Assembly (NCBI GenBank): GCA_002269645.1
Contig: NIVC01000954.1
Location: forward strand, 62,001-126,000
Source: Macrostomum lignano
Taxonomy: Eukaryota
Length of the DNA: 64,000 nucleotides
Reading direction: 5' to 3'
Within the stretch, counting starts at the first letter, position 1; every line of letters begins with the position of its first letter. A model generated the notes under the pieces. That model made no database searches. It was not told where the DNA came from and saw only the letters and a list, made by a program, of their open reading frames with translations. The position numbers and the translations under genes are program-made. This document shows positions 28,682 to 42,149 of the stretch, piece after piece.

Positions 28682-29406
28682 CTCGCTGCTCTGGAAGTAG
28701 CTAGATAGCACCGTTGTACTACCTTTTGATTTGCCTGTGAAAAACCTAAAACGTTAGCCTTAGACTTGGTAGGGTTGCTGCCACATTGGTTTGCGGACTC
28801 GACGCGTCGGCAGAGTTGTCTATGCGCAACCTGAAATAAAATACTGAAGTCGCTCGGAGCAAGGCAAATCTTAAAATTTCTCGACAGTTAATCGTTCCAA
28901 GTGCTGCTCGAACCTGTAAAGCCTGAAAATCCTCAAATGAGAGAGGAGAGCTCGGAGGCAGAGAGGCAGCTTCGGTCGCCGGACGGACGCGAACGATCTG
29001 GGGTAAAACGGCTCCCAGATGCTCTGTATTTATAGCCGATTGGACCCCCAAAAGTCACGTGAGTTTTATGCGGTTAGCGCGTGAAACTTCCTTATTTGTT
29101 CTTCCGAGTCATGCAAGAGGTGCGTGACTCAAGGCTAACTTCCGAATAAGGTAACCCTGTCACGCCGCCGTGGCGTGACTCAAGGTCAGCTTCCACGCAC
29201 AACTAGCGTGCTTTTCTGTGCTAAAATAGATTACGGCGGATGAGTCTTCCTGTTTACTCCCTCCAGGCAGCCATTACACTCAGGGCAGGTAATGAGTCGT
29301 CCTGCTGTGCCTCCTCAGCGCGGGCGGGAAAGACATTGTGTGTGGCTGCCCGCGCCTGCTCAGGCGATGAGTCATGGGGTAGCAAACACTTCGGCCCTTA
29401 GTGACA
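28682..29406 (-). mobile_element. Gypsy LTR (diverged copy, one end lost; retains the TGTCAC terminus)
   Basis: Aligns with 49516-50100; ends GTGACA at 29406. Confidence 0.75.
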
Positions 29407-29699
29407 GACACACATCTTAGTGACAGACAACAAGCTTATCAAATACAATAATCATTGAATTATCAACTGAGAGGCTACCCCGGTGTTACTACACCAAGCT
29501 TATTAGGTCTTCACCTGACTTATGTTATCAAGAATATCCCAAACACAAGGGTTCTGGTGACATATACGGAATTGGTGGAAATGCAGTCTGCATTTGTGTG
29601 TTGTGGAAACAAAATTTCTACATTCAACACAACAACTCGGCATATAAGGATGGTCATTACACTATTAGCTTCCTGATGCTCAACTGGGCAACTTGGTGA

Positions 29700-29950
29700 C
29701 TCATAATAACTATATCTTAGTGACATACAAGAAGCTATCAAGTGCAGTAATCCTTGGATTATTAAGTACAAAAATCCCTGGCTTATCAGGTGCAATAATC
29801 ATTGCTTTATCAAGTACAATAATCCTTGGCTTCTCAAGTGCAATAATCCTTGGCTTATCAAGTGCAATAATCATTGGCTTCTTAAGTTTAATAATCATTG
29901 GCTTCTTAAGTTTAATAATCATTGGCTTATTGTGTGTAATAATCCAAGTC
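29700..29950. repeat. ~24-bp tandem repeat (AATAATCCTTGGCTTATCAAGTGC)n
   Basis: About 9 degenerate units. Confidence 0.8.
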
Positions 29951-29974
29951 TTTTAAAATAGTTCTTTGATACAG

Positions 29975-30100
29975 GCTTTCAATAAAAAAGTCACACTATT
30001 AAGATTCAAACCCACATTGTTGCATTAGTAGTCCAGCCTATTCATATGTAGGCTATGTCATTAATTTTATAAATGAATTGAAGCACCACTTATAATCCAT
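29975..30100 (-). repeat. Diverged copy of the tRNA-Ser-like block found in the Helitron cores
   Basis: Aligns with 41310-41450 (GCTTTCAATAAAAAA...AAGATTC(A/G)AACCC...GCATTAG(T/C)AGTCCAG). Confidence 0.7.
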
Positions 30101-33100
30101 TACTCCCACTCCATGGTCAGAAAAATGGCATTCTTTATAGAAAATTCTTGCACAAAAAAGGGTTTGGATATGCGCTGTACCGGCACATTCTGGTACAATA
30201 ACAGGCAAAGAGGTAAAATCTGACGGGCAGACGGGCTCAATGTCCGCGAACTCTTAACTAGCGGAGCGACTTGTTTCTCTATTTCCGCTGACAATAGTCC
30301 AAAATAACCTATACTCACAGTAGCTGCGATAATATAGCCTAATGCTATACTCCTTATACTGCACCAACCGAAGAGCGTTACCCTGAGATGGTCTGATAGA
30401 GTAATGCCAATGATTTCTTGATAAGTTACATTCCCCGATCGATAATCTATCGGCGGCTGTAGGCAGCTGTAGATCCTAGGCGCTCAACATTAGCGCGGAA
30501 TCACATCAGGGTGCCATAAACAACAATTAATTCAACAAGAAACAGCGCTGAATGGAGGTACTGCAACATGGTTCGGTCTTTGGCATTCAACTTGTCTTTT
30601 TTTAGCGTCTTCAGCCACACTGGCAGCTCGGTCAGCGTTTTTTATCATGCTGAAGTTTAAATATGCAAAACATGTTGCGCTGAACGCTTGCGTTTTTAGG
30701 TCGGGTCGATCCATTGTCAACGCAGCCATTTGGTCGGAGGCCCCGTTCAGCTTGCCACGATGCAACTATCAATGCAGCCACTTTTGGGCTTGGACGACGC
30801 GATGCAGTGTACAGCTGAATGCATGCACATCCTCGACGAAGACAGCCAATTTGCAGCGTCCCAAAGAACGCCAAAAACTCGCCATATAAATCTGAAACAA
30901 GCGCAACTTTGCCTTTCTCGGCTTCGGAAGATGTTATGGAAATACCCGTCCGTCGAGCCGAAAACGGCCTGCTCAAGCTATATACAGCTTTATTATGGTT
31001 ATTTTCTGTCGATAATCGGCGCGTCGGTCTCAGGTAAGTCGTCGGCGATTTGGCTAAAAATACCGCCTATTTCATGTAGCGGCTGAGCCTGCTGCGCGCC
31101 AATTCCAGACATTAGAGGTGGTATTTCTAGTTCTAGTGGCTCCAGCTTCACCGGGAGGGCGACAGAGGACCGGGACCTCGCCTGATCTGAATATAATATT
31201 CGAGCTCGAGTTTCGAGTTTATAACCATAAACTCGCTCGGCAGCCGGTTCAGATGCGGCCAGCCGCACTCTTGGCCGAGCCAGCGGACCACGATCGCCTG
31301 GACTGGCTGCATTCCGCGCAAGTCTTGCAGCACGGGCCGCACAGACTCACGCTGCGGGAGTTACCGTCCGTCATCCCGGAATCTGCCGACGCGGATCACG
31401 TATAACTTGAGCGCGGTTACTCTCTGGCGATAACCGACTCGCTGTTGCTCTGGCATGACGAATGAAGCCGGCCATCAAAGGCGGTACGTCGGCGTCGGTA
31501 TCAATTCTGATTGGCGGGGTGCGGGTATTTCGGGGTCTAGGCTGGTTCAGCGGCCGCATGCCGTATTGGGGCGGCGGGTGACTTGGCTTCGCCGGTTCCA
31601 CAATCTGCGGCTTTACAGGGGATCGAGACCGGCGCCTGGGTTCTTGCGGCGATGTCGACAGTGAAGGGTGGGGTCCCAGACGTTTCCGCATTGGCGGTGG
31701 AGGGGCTTCGCTTGGTGGTAGAACGATAGCGGGTTTGGCATCGGGAGGCTGGCGCTGAACAGCGGCCGGGGTTATGGCTCCAGGAGCCTCTGTTTATCTT
31801 TTGAAGAGCTGCACCCGATCTTGCGGGCTTGTCGACACCGGTCGGCTCACCACAGATGCAATGCGCGGTTTCGGACATGGGCGATTGGGCCTAGTGGGCT
31901 GGCGCTCGGTCGCCGGTAGATCACTCTCGGAGTCGTCGAATTCGCTATCGTCGGTATCACTTAATCGCAAATCGTCTTAAGGTTTTGGGTTTAAAAATCA
32001 ATTGATAGTTTGGAAATTTGGAAAATCAAAAGTCAATCTGACAGCGGAGGGCTTGGAATCTTTGTGCAATCGTTTTAAGCCTCTTGACCTTATGGTCTTC
32101 CTATTACTAATACCCTCATTTTTGTAACCCACTCTATTTTCTGTTTTTTTTGTGCTCATTTCTTTCACGATCGATTTTTCCACGGTTTCTTTGTGCTTTC
32201 GCAGTGGCTTTGTCAAGGGCTATCTTTGTTCAAATAGCTCAATATTCTACACTAAGCTAAACATCGGTCTGGTAACTAACGCCAGAGACCGGGCTAACAC
32301 GGGAGCCAATACGGAGCCGGGAAAATAAGAGCGCGGAGTTCCAGGCCAAAGACAGGATGCAAAGTTTGAATTTGGTGTGTGCGTTTGTTTATACTGAATT
32401 TCTGGTGCATTAAAACGAGTGTTTAAACGACTGCTCAATTCTTATCGCGTAGTGTTGTACCTTTGCTTCTCCGGTTGTCTAGCACAGTGGTTTGGGCTCT
32501 CCGTATTCTAAACCGGAAGCCTTCTCGTAGCTCTTAGTAGCGGATGTAGTGCTTCTACTAGTCCGTTGCGTCTAGGCATTTGCTGAGGTGAGCTTCCGTC
32601 GGGACGAAATAATTGAGGCGAGCGAATACAGCACTGTGCAGAATCGCAGTTGCAGTATGCAGGGCCAAGGCCTGGAATACAGCCGGAAATGGCAGAAGGG
32701 CGCCAGCCCCTGAGAAAAAAGGCGCCTAAATATTGCTCGATGCCTTCAAAACAGCTGGCAGAGCCCGGGGTTTGGCTGAAAGGGGCGCTTCCGACGAAGG
32801 CGCAGGATAAAAATCAGAATGCCGTACGTACACATCGAGCTTCCTGAAATGGGTGAGAGCTCGCAGGTATGAGTAGCACCGAATAGCTGCAGCGTAAATA
32901 GAGTTGATGGGTTACCCTCGCCAAGGCATAGCCAGAAAAAGCTCAAGTCGGAGGGACTTGCAAGACCCTCGGGCGTAACGCAGATGCAGGACGAGATTCT
33001 CAGCCTAACAATGATTCGGGGGCGCTGGCCCGACAAAAAGGCGCCTAAATGAGAGTCAGCACCATGTCAGAGAAAAGAAAAGGGCAGATTGCATTGGTTA

Positions 33101-33260
33101 GTTCGGGCATGCATGTGACTTACAGTGTTCAACGCAGGCGGGCACTACATGAGTCCGGCCAGCAATTTCAGTAGCTGCCGGGCGGCTTACGAAGCGAACC
33201 GTCTACGGTGAAGCGCAGGTTCAGCGAGGCTATCTCGGCGGCGTCATCAAGCAGCCTCTG

Positions 33261-33572
33261 TTGTTGTTGTTGTTGTTAATTCCCGGCCGGGTTAATATCC
33301 GGGGGGCGGGTTTGCGCCCCTACCGCCTGGAGGAAGTGCAGTGCGCGCGGGCCGTCGTCGTGGAGGATGGCCAGCGTCGGGTTCTCGCCCAGAATTTGTC
33401 GTCTGGTCTCGGTCGTGGCGCGACATTCCAGGAGCAGGTGTTTGAGGTCCTCCGGGGCCTCCCCGCAGGCCGGGCAGGTGGCCTCCGGTTCCAGCCCGAT
33501 GCGGTGCCGATACTGTCGAAGTATCGGGCAGTGGCCAGAGCGTAGTTGGGCTAGCAGGACTCTGTCCTTACA
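33261..33572 (-). mobile_element. 5'-truncated LINE (C-terminal zinc-finger region) with (AAC)n tail and 16-bp TSD
   Basis: LAQLRSGHC...CPACGEAPEDLKHLLLEC; TSD CATCAAGCAGCCTCTG at 33245-33260 and 33573-33588. Confidence 0.9.
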
Positions 33573-34283
33573 CATCAAGCAGCCTCTGCAGGTCCTTGTC
33601 GGTCAGGGCGCGTAGGGTGGCCCATCTCGTCCCCTCGGTCGGTGTCGGTAGGGTCATACGATGAGCCGCGGTCGTCAGCAACCTGGCGATATAGTAGACG
33701 GCCTCGATATAGCCGTCGATCGCCGCCCGTAGCCCGGCAGGCATTGGTTCCTGAGGCCGTGCACGGCCGGGGCGACAGCCGTTGGTCCTTCCAGCGTATT
33801 GGGCGGTGCCGGAGGCAGAGCGGCGCCACAAATGTCTACAAGAGCCTTAGCCAGCCGATTGACATCGCGAATCTTATCTGCTGGAGGGCTGCATTCTAAT
33901 GTAATATTTTTGGCCAAATCTTGCAATATTTATTGGTCGCGAGTAAAAACACAATGAAACGGATGTTTGCTTTTTCGTCCATTTTCGATTCCTTTTAGGC
34001 CGGCATGCCAACTGGCTAAGTAAATTTAGACAATCTACAATATAAAAATCAAGAACCGGTTTCAGACGTTAAAATAAATTCTAAATAAAATTCATGTACT
34101 AAGATAAAACTAAACTTCTGTTCTTCAAATCCTCTCATAAAAATTTGCCTCCGCCAATCTGGATTTAGCAAGACGACCCTGCCGCCCGCCCCCATTTCCG
34201 CTGTGCCTGGTTTTTATATTTTATCCGCTTTATTTAATCATTATTAGTGCTGCGACCCCCAAAAATGGTCACGTGACCCCGCT

Positions 34284-34315
34284 GGGGGTCGCGACCCACA
34301 GGTTGAGAAGCACTG
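34284..34315 (-). mobile_element. Solitary hAT (Charlie/URR1-like) terminus
   Basis: Minus strand CAGTGCTTCTCAACCTGTGGGTCGCGACCC; flank GTGTAAAT fits the nTnTAnAn target. No partner end found. Confidence 0.6.
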
Positions 34316-34559
34316 GTGTAAATGCTCTTTGTTGAAGCCCATGGGGTCCACAACACCGAGTAGGACACGTTTCTAATGATAAACGGGCACGTTGATAGGC
34401 TTGCGATAGAGATAATATAATTCAGGTAGATTGTAAAAGCAAGCATTTGAATAAAGTTAATATTAATAATATTAATAATGTCAAGTTTTACGGCGAGACG
34501 ACGTAGTGCGGCGAGAATCCTGTAGTCCGCCGTTAGAATGTGATGTAGTTGCAATCGTT

Positions 34560-35814
34560 CGGTCAAGCGCCTCACTGATGGACGTCGATACTAGTTTAAT
34601 TGAGCGATCACGCCTTCTAGACAGGTAACGCCGGACGGTCGACTTGGCCCTCTGTCCTGTAATAGTCATAATGTCGTTCAGGTTGTGTCCACATTCGTGC
34701 AGATCTGCGATGCGCGTTACTCTAATACAATGGTTAGTATACGCTTTGGACAAATGGCAGACTTGGCACAGATGACGCATGAAGTTGGCTAACCAGTTAA
34801 TGCCTCAAACTTGATTGGCCGAATACCGAAGGTTACCGCTTCCATCATTGGTCAATGGTCGTGGAAAGGATAAATCCTTTGTGCTCTCCGGTACAAGGCC
34901 GTAGTAGTAGACTACAAGCTCTCGCTGTTGTCCATAGAGACGAGCTTGCTTTGAAGACGCTCTGCTGTGCTTCTGTCAAAGTATTTCCGCAGTCGATCTA
35001 GGTCACCATCCTCGATTAGGGGATATTGTTTTCTGACGGAACCGGATCCAATGAACTCTCGGACTTTTGCGCGTAGCATTCGGTTAGCGGCTGCAAATTC
35101 ACCTCCGGAAATTATGTTGACTGGGCGCTTGAGAATTAGAGCGAAATATCGCTGAATGCCGGCACGAATGCACACCAATGACGCAGGCGAGTAAATTCCT
35201 CCATCAACTTTCTTCAACGAGAAGTAATAGTAGCGCAGAAACTCGCTTAGCATAGCCTCGGACATTGCCACGAGAGACAGTTTTGTTTGTCTTCTTAAAA
35301 AATCCACAAATGCTTTACCATGTTGGAACATCTGTTCTTGCGTAGTTTTAGGAAGCGAATCGATTTCAATGCGATCCAGGTCGCCAACCGTCAGAGGAGC
35401 GTCATCTGATATATCCGGTAGGGGTGTATCCAGAACCGAATGGTCATCCATCGTAGGATCTTCTAAGAAACGGATGAACTCCGCTAGGTCAGCGTCGCCA
35501 GCGTGGTCGGTCGCACTCAGCAGAGAAAGGAAATCCATTTCGCTTGAAGACACTCCGTTGAGAGAATCAGTAGGCAGATTTTTCCAATTTATTAGATGCA
35601 TTTTAGTGGTTGATGTTAAAGCAAGCAAGCTTATATCAAGCCACAGTCCCCTGCATTTCTCTACTCTATATTCACTCGATAGTCTATGGTACAGTTGGAA
35701 TCGCTCCATAGCGCTTCCTATGGCCGTCTCGATTTCGTTGTCGATGTCTATGGCCAAAACCTGCGCAGTCTGAATCAGAAGACGTTTCTGATTCGCTGAG
35801 ACATCGTTAAACAA
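34560..35814 (-). pseudogene. Crypton-type tyrosine recombinase remnant with internal deletion
   Basis: N-part FLRYYYFSLKKVDGGIYSPASLVCIRAGIQRY...EFAAANRML...IEDGDL..L; C-part YTNHCIRVT...IMTITGQR...RRY (HxxR, H->Q, Y). Confidence 0.8.
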
Positions 35815-37674
35815 TCGGCGTTAAACAATGCTTCTAATCGAGTATGCTAAACGATAGTGACAATAAGTCTATACATACGGTACTATCGTTAAACAATAAG
35901 CAAAGATCACTCGTGGCTACGCCACCTCCACCTCTTGTTTACCTCTAGTACCGTATGTATAATCTCCCATTGTCTCGAACTTAGAGTTGGTCGTAGAACG
36001 CTAAGATATTTATTCTCATATTCAGTCGTCGATTAGGCGGGGTATCGGTTGTCCGTTTTCGAGTAGATTGATCACCATGGCGATGGCGGAGTCAGCACTA
36101 ATGGGTCTGGAGCTCCTTGCGAGTAACTAGTCTCGGTATGTGATCTGTCAAATTCATTTGGCGTCTTCTTTTGGCTGAGCGAGTCGGGTCCGCGTCGGAT
36201 GTTGCGGCTTTACTCGGAGACTAGAGCTCCCAGACTCAGGAGGCAAAAGCCCGCAGCTGGCAGTGAAGCAGACTGACTGCTTCCTGGCACTCTGCTATCA
36301 ACTTGACCACTCTACACTGCTGCGACCGTCCGTGCGCTGTATCCAAGTTTCTTACGTCAACACGAGGATTCGCAGCCGCTGCCTGATTGACAATTGGCGA
36401 CTTCATCATGCATCTATCACAGGCACGCATGAGACAGGCAGGTGAACCGTTCGAAGCAGCGAAGAAGTACTGCACGTTAAAATCGATTGGCTTAGGGCTG
36501 TGCCATGCAGGGGAGGGTGTAAAATGGCATTTTTAAATGCACAAGCAAGCACAATGCATAGCAATATAAGGTAATCCATTCAATCTACCTCGAACGGCTT
36601 CCACCGTCTAAATGTAGACCGGCTGATCTAGGGACGCTCAGAAAACTCGGCTAGGCACTTACTATGCAGCGACTTCAGGATGGCACACAACTATCGCTTC
36701 TGCCGCTTCTCCCTTTCGCCTGTCACCCGACCGACGCCCGTGATTTTCTCGTGCTTTGCTCGCTGACACGTGAATTTTCATCTTCGTAGAAGTCGACAAT
36801 GTGCTTTTGTTTCCCTGACTCGCTTCACTGCTTGCTTTTTCAGAATCTTAGCTGTGGCCCCAAAAACCCCAGCACTGCCTTGCGCTGTGCTCCAACTGGT
36901 GTGCTTGCCACAATGCACAGTGTATTGTGCCAATTCCATCCGACAGATGAAAAACGCCGTACTTTTGCAATCGCATCCTTTATTACCTGCCTTGCTATTT
37001 CAGCATTTTTGTGTTGACGCTCCGCCTTGGCTAAATGGCGCTGCTCCCTGCGCAGTTGAGACGCAACTTGCTTATGGCCCACTGATGACTGAAGATAGCA
37101 TCTTCATAGTGCCCAACCAACTTCCTGTGCTCTCATAACCGGGTGGCATCGGAGCGAGAAAGTTCACCGTGTCGGCCTTTTTCCGGCATCTGAAAGTGGT
37201 AAACAGCCACGTTAGCTTCGATAGGGCGCTGTTTCTGCTTCACCTGCTTTCTAGAAGGTTTACACGGCATGCTCTGAAAAGGTTCGATAATATATAATTA
37301 GGACGGAATTTCAGCCCAGATATGTGGCACATATGCTTCTCTCTGTATCATATGTACTGCTGCCAGTAGTAGTAGCATTTTTGCTTATTTTTTTTCAATT
37401 ACAGTTTTATACGAGTATGCCTTTTTGTATCATTTCAAGGATTTCAAGTTAATAAATTGTCAACTTTTTTTGAGCATGAATATAAGTTATTAGAGTATTA
37501 TAATATTTATGATCCCCCATAATAATTTATCTTTATCAAATGATTTACTTAATTTACTTAAAATTTACTTTAGTTCAATATAACTCTTTCTGGTAGAAAA
37601 TCATCAAACGGCATCAAAGCTAGACTCGCTTAACTATTGTGAGCAGTATACGTAACATTTTATTCCCTAACTAT

Positions 37675-38202
37675 TGTTACGCTTCTCCTTCTCGGGTTCT
37701 TGTAGATGTTCCTAGAAAATAGAAGCCGCTGCTCCTGAAGAAGCTAGATAGCACCGTTGTACTACCTATCAATTTACTGTCTCGACAGTCGATCGTCTTA
37801 GTAGAATGCTGCTCGAACCTGAAAACCTGTAAAACCTGAAATGAGAGAGGAGAGCTCGGAGGCAGAGAGGCAGCTCCGGTCGAGCCCAGGCAGGACGACG
37901 CGATCTGGAGAAAATGGCTCGCAGATGCTCCGTATTTATAGCCGAGCGGACCCCCAAAAGTCACGTGCGCGTGAAACCTCCTTATTTGGTCACTAAAATC
38001 ATGCGAGTGACGCGTGATTCAAGGCCAACTTCCAAATAAGGCACCCCTGTCACGCAGCAGTGGCGTGACTCAAGGTCAGTGGCCACGCACAATGTGCGTG
38101 CACAGTCACGTGCTTTTCTATGCTAACAATAGAACTTAAGCGGATGAGTCATCCTGTTTACTCCCTTTAGGCAGCCATTACACTCCGCGCAGGTGATGAG
38201 TC
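37675..38202 (-). mobile_element. Gypsy LTR (internally deleted, truncated), probably the 3' LTR of the 42-50-kb element
   Basis: Starts TGTTACG like 49467; long identical stretches with 49467-50104; same orientation. Confidence 0.8.
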
Positions 38203-39299
38203 ACGAGACACGAGATCGCAAGAATGATTTTTCTACAGTATATTTGCGCGCTTTTATAGTGAATTTTGCCAAAGTGGCGTACAAATTAAAACAACATTAT
38301 TATTACTTTCTTTTTAATAAGGCAGATGAGAAGGCTAATTGTAATTACTAAGTGAATAAAACATTTTTAATTGACTCACCAAAAGTGCTGTAAAAATAAG
38401 GCAATTTAGCATACGTGAATTACACTGTCACGTTATTTGATGTTGGCTGTGACCCTTAAAAGGGCCGTTTTAGTCCCAAAATAAGTTGAAGTCAACTTAG
38501 GCGAAGTGGATGGTGTAGCGGAGCACTTGGCAATAAGGGCAGGAAACTGCCGTAGTCGTTTTTATTATCAATATAAATAGTAAGTTTGGTTGTTACTGGC
38601 AAATAACAAACTATGGCTTTCTGGGCACTGGCGGCTGCAACAATGGTTTCTTTTTTGAAGATAAATTGGATATGAGTTCAAACGACAGACGAGTGATGTA
38701 ATGGCGACGTTACGTGATGAGTAATGGCAATGAGCACAGTGAAGGCAGTGAGACGTAGTAGGCAGGCAGATGAGCAGTGGCGAGGTTGGCGTCAGCCGTG
38801 GCGTGAGGTAAGGAGGCTCGAGGCAGCCAGACAGAGAGAAGGAAAACAAGGCTAGGCAAGGCTAGGCAAGCCAGACGGGACGGAGGACAAGCAAACAAGA
38901 AAACAAGAACACTAGAACACAAGTGAGGAGTGCCCGCCGCCAGGCGGGGGGTTTAATAAAGGAGCGCAGAGGGGGTAGCGCGAAGCACGAGCGGTTTTCA
39001 TTGGCTGGCGAGAGAACTTAAAATTATCGATCGTGCCAAAATTATACGGTCGCGAGAGAGGATAGCAAAATATACAGTGAATTAGAAATTGCCACAAAAT
39101 CGTTGGGCACTACTACAAGTAAACGTCGCAATAAACAAATGGAAAAATTTAGTTGAAACGGTGAAACTGAAAGGTTGAAACTATAGAGAAACAACAGTCC
39201 AACGGCCCTTTTGCGGGACCACTTAAACTAGCAACGTCACAACACAAAGGCAAACATAAGAGTATTGATAAGCAATTGGCTAATGAACAAATTTGGCTA

Positions 39300-41943
39300 C
39301 CTCAATTATTTTTGCATGACGCTTCTATGATAAACATTTTTAATAAGCTACATTTAGGGTTGTTATAAGCTACCCTAACCCTAACCCTAAACCCTAACAC
39401 CAACGTTAACACTAACCATACAGCCTGACATCTGCATAAGTCTGTGAAGCGCTAGTAGGATTTTTTAGCTTAGTATCTTAGCGTTGGGGAGCCAAAAATG
39501 CAGTACAAGTTTTGTAATAAGCTACATGTAGCATCTCTTTGCAATATCTCTTTGCAATATTTGCATCTCTTTGCAATAATATACTGCTTTGCAAGCAGTC
39601 CCTTGTAAGCCTTGACATGTCAGTAATCCCCCCACAAGCTTTATTATATCAACTTCCCCCTTGGCATCTCAGCGATGCCCCCCCCATAAGCCATGAAATC
39701 TATAAAAATCTGTCAACCTTCTAGCCCTAACCCTAACCCTAACCCTAAAGCATTGAGATTTCAGTAATTCTCTCTAAGAGTCTCTCTAAGAGTTTACATG
39801 ACGCTTCTATGATTTTTTACATGACACTTTTATGATTGTTTACATGACGCTTCTATGATTTTTTACATGACGCTTCTATGATTTTTTACATGACTTCTAT
39901 GATTGTTTACATTACGCTTCTATGATTGTTTACATGACTTCTATGATTGTTTACATTACGCTTCTATGATTGTTTACATGACGCTTCTATGATTTTTACA
40001 TGACGCTTCTATGATTGTTTACATGACGCTTCGATAATTGTTTACATGACACTTCTATGATTTTTTGTATGACGCTTCTATGATTGTTTACATGAAGCTT
40101 CTATGATTGTTTACATGACGCTTCTATGATTGTTTACGTGATGATTCTATGATTGTTTACATGACGCTTCTATGATTGTTTACATGACGCTTCTATGATT
40201 TTTTGTATGACGCTTCTATGATTGTTTACATGACGCTTCTATGATTGTTTACATGACGCTTCTATGATTTTTTGTATGACGCTTCTATGATTGTTTACAT
40301 GACGCTTCTATCATTGTTTACATGATGCTTCTATGATTGTTTACATGACGCTTCTATAATTGTTTACATGACACTTCTATGATTGTTTACATGACGCTTC
40401 TATGATTTTTTACATGACGCTTCTATGATTTTTTTACATGACGCTTCTATGATTGTTTGCATGACGCTTCTATGATTGTTTACATGACGCTTCTATGATT
40501 GTTTGCATGACACTTCTATGCTTTTTTTACATGACGCTTCTATGATTTTTTTACATGACGCTTCTATGATTTTTCATGACGCTTCTATGATTTTTTACAT
40601 GACGCTTCTATGATTGTTTACATTTACACGACGCTTCTATGATTGTTTACATGACGCTTCTATGATTTCTCACATGACGCTTCTATGATTTTTTACATGA
40701 CGCTTCTATGATTTTTTACATGACGCTTCTATAATTGTTTACATGACACTTCTATGATTGTTTACATGACGCTTCTATGATTTTTTACATGACGCTTCTA
40801 TGATTGTTTACGTGATGATTCTATGATTGTTTACATGACGCTTCTATGATTTTTTACATGACGCTTCTATGATTTTTTTACATGACGCTTCTATGATTGT
40901 TTGCATGACGCTTCTATGATTGTTTACATGACGCTTCTATGATTGTTTGCATGACACTTCTATGCTTTTTTTACATGACGCTTCTATGATTTTTTTACAT
41001 GACGCTTCTATGATTTTTCATGACGCTTCTATGATTTTTTACATGACGCTTCTATGATTGTTTACATTTACACGACGCTTCTATGATTGTTTACATGACG
41101 CTTCTATGATTTCTCACATGACGCTTCTATGATTTTTTACATGACGCTTCTACAATTGTTTACATGACGCTTCTATTATTTTTTACATGACGCTTCTATG
41201 ATTTTTCATGACGCTTCTATGATTGTTTACATGACGCTTCTGTGATTTTTCATGATGCTTCTGTTTTTTTTACATGACGCCTTTAGTCCTTTATTAGTCC
41301 TTTAATAAAAGCTTTCAATAAAAAAACATTTCTCTACTAAGATTCGAACCCAGGTCGCTGCATTAGCAGTCCAGTCTGTTCACATCTAGGCTAGCTCTTA
41401 TCGAATTTATAAATGAAATTGTAGCACTTTTATAATTCAACACTCACTCACGAAGCAGTTATGACATAATCAATTTCCCAGGCAAGTCAGTATCAGTCTC
41501 AATTAAAGTTGACAATATGGTTACGCAATCTAAATCAAGTCTGGTGCTACGCTTCCACACTGCATTTTCAATACTGTAACGCAATTCAGTTATGATGCAA
41601 TCTATTTCAGAATCAGAATTCAACCAGTCAGTTTTTTCTCTAGCATTCTTACAATGCATTTCAAGTCGAAAAGTTTGCTTGACCTTTTCAAAAAAGCATA
41701 TTTTTAGAATATTTAATCCTTTTAGCATCGAGTAATTTCTTAACTATGATGCATGTACCGTCACGGAAAAATTTCTGATCGAACTGCAAGTTCGAAGAAA
41801 ATCGGTCCAGCCATTTTTGCTAAAATCGAAAATCGATTGCGTACAAACAAGCAAACAAGATTTTCATTTTTAGTATATAGGATTTTGCTAAAATCGATTG
41901 CGTACAAACCAGCAAACAAGATTTTCATTTTTAGTATATAGGA
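39300..41943 (-). mobile_element. Second copy of the satellite-carrying non-autonomous Helitron (3' end uncertain)
   Basis: TCCTATATACTAAAA at 41943 and again at 41882 (61-bp duplicated 5' end); core 41290-41830; satellite 39795-41283; CCCTAA tracts at 39372-39400 and 39724-39748. Confidence 0.85.
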
Positions 41944-42149
41944 AAGGAGATGATGTTATGTTAAAGTATTTTGGATTAGATTGAATAGAGCAGCGTAAGA
42001 TTAATGATATTTTTTGAGTAAAGAAACTGATGAATAAATTGATATTAAAACTTTGTTTTGATTGATTTTTTTGAGAATGCAGAAAGTTCGCATCTGTCCA
42101 AAGTGTTATTGAACTTATTATTGAGTTGACAAATTATGGGGCTAATAAT

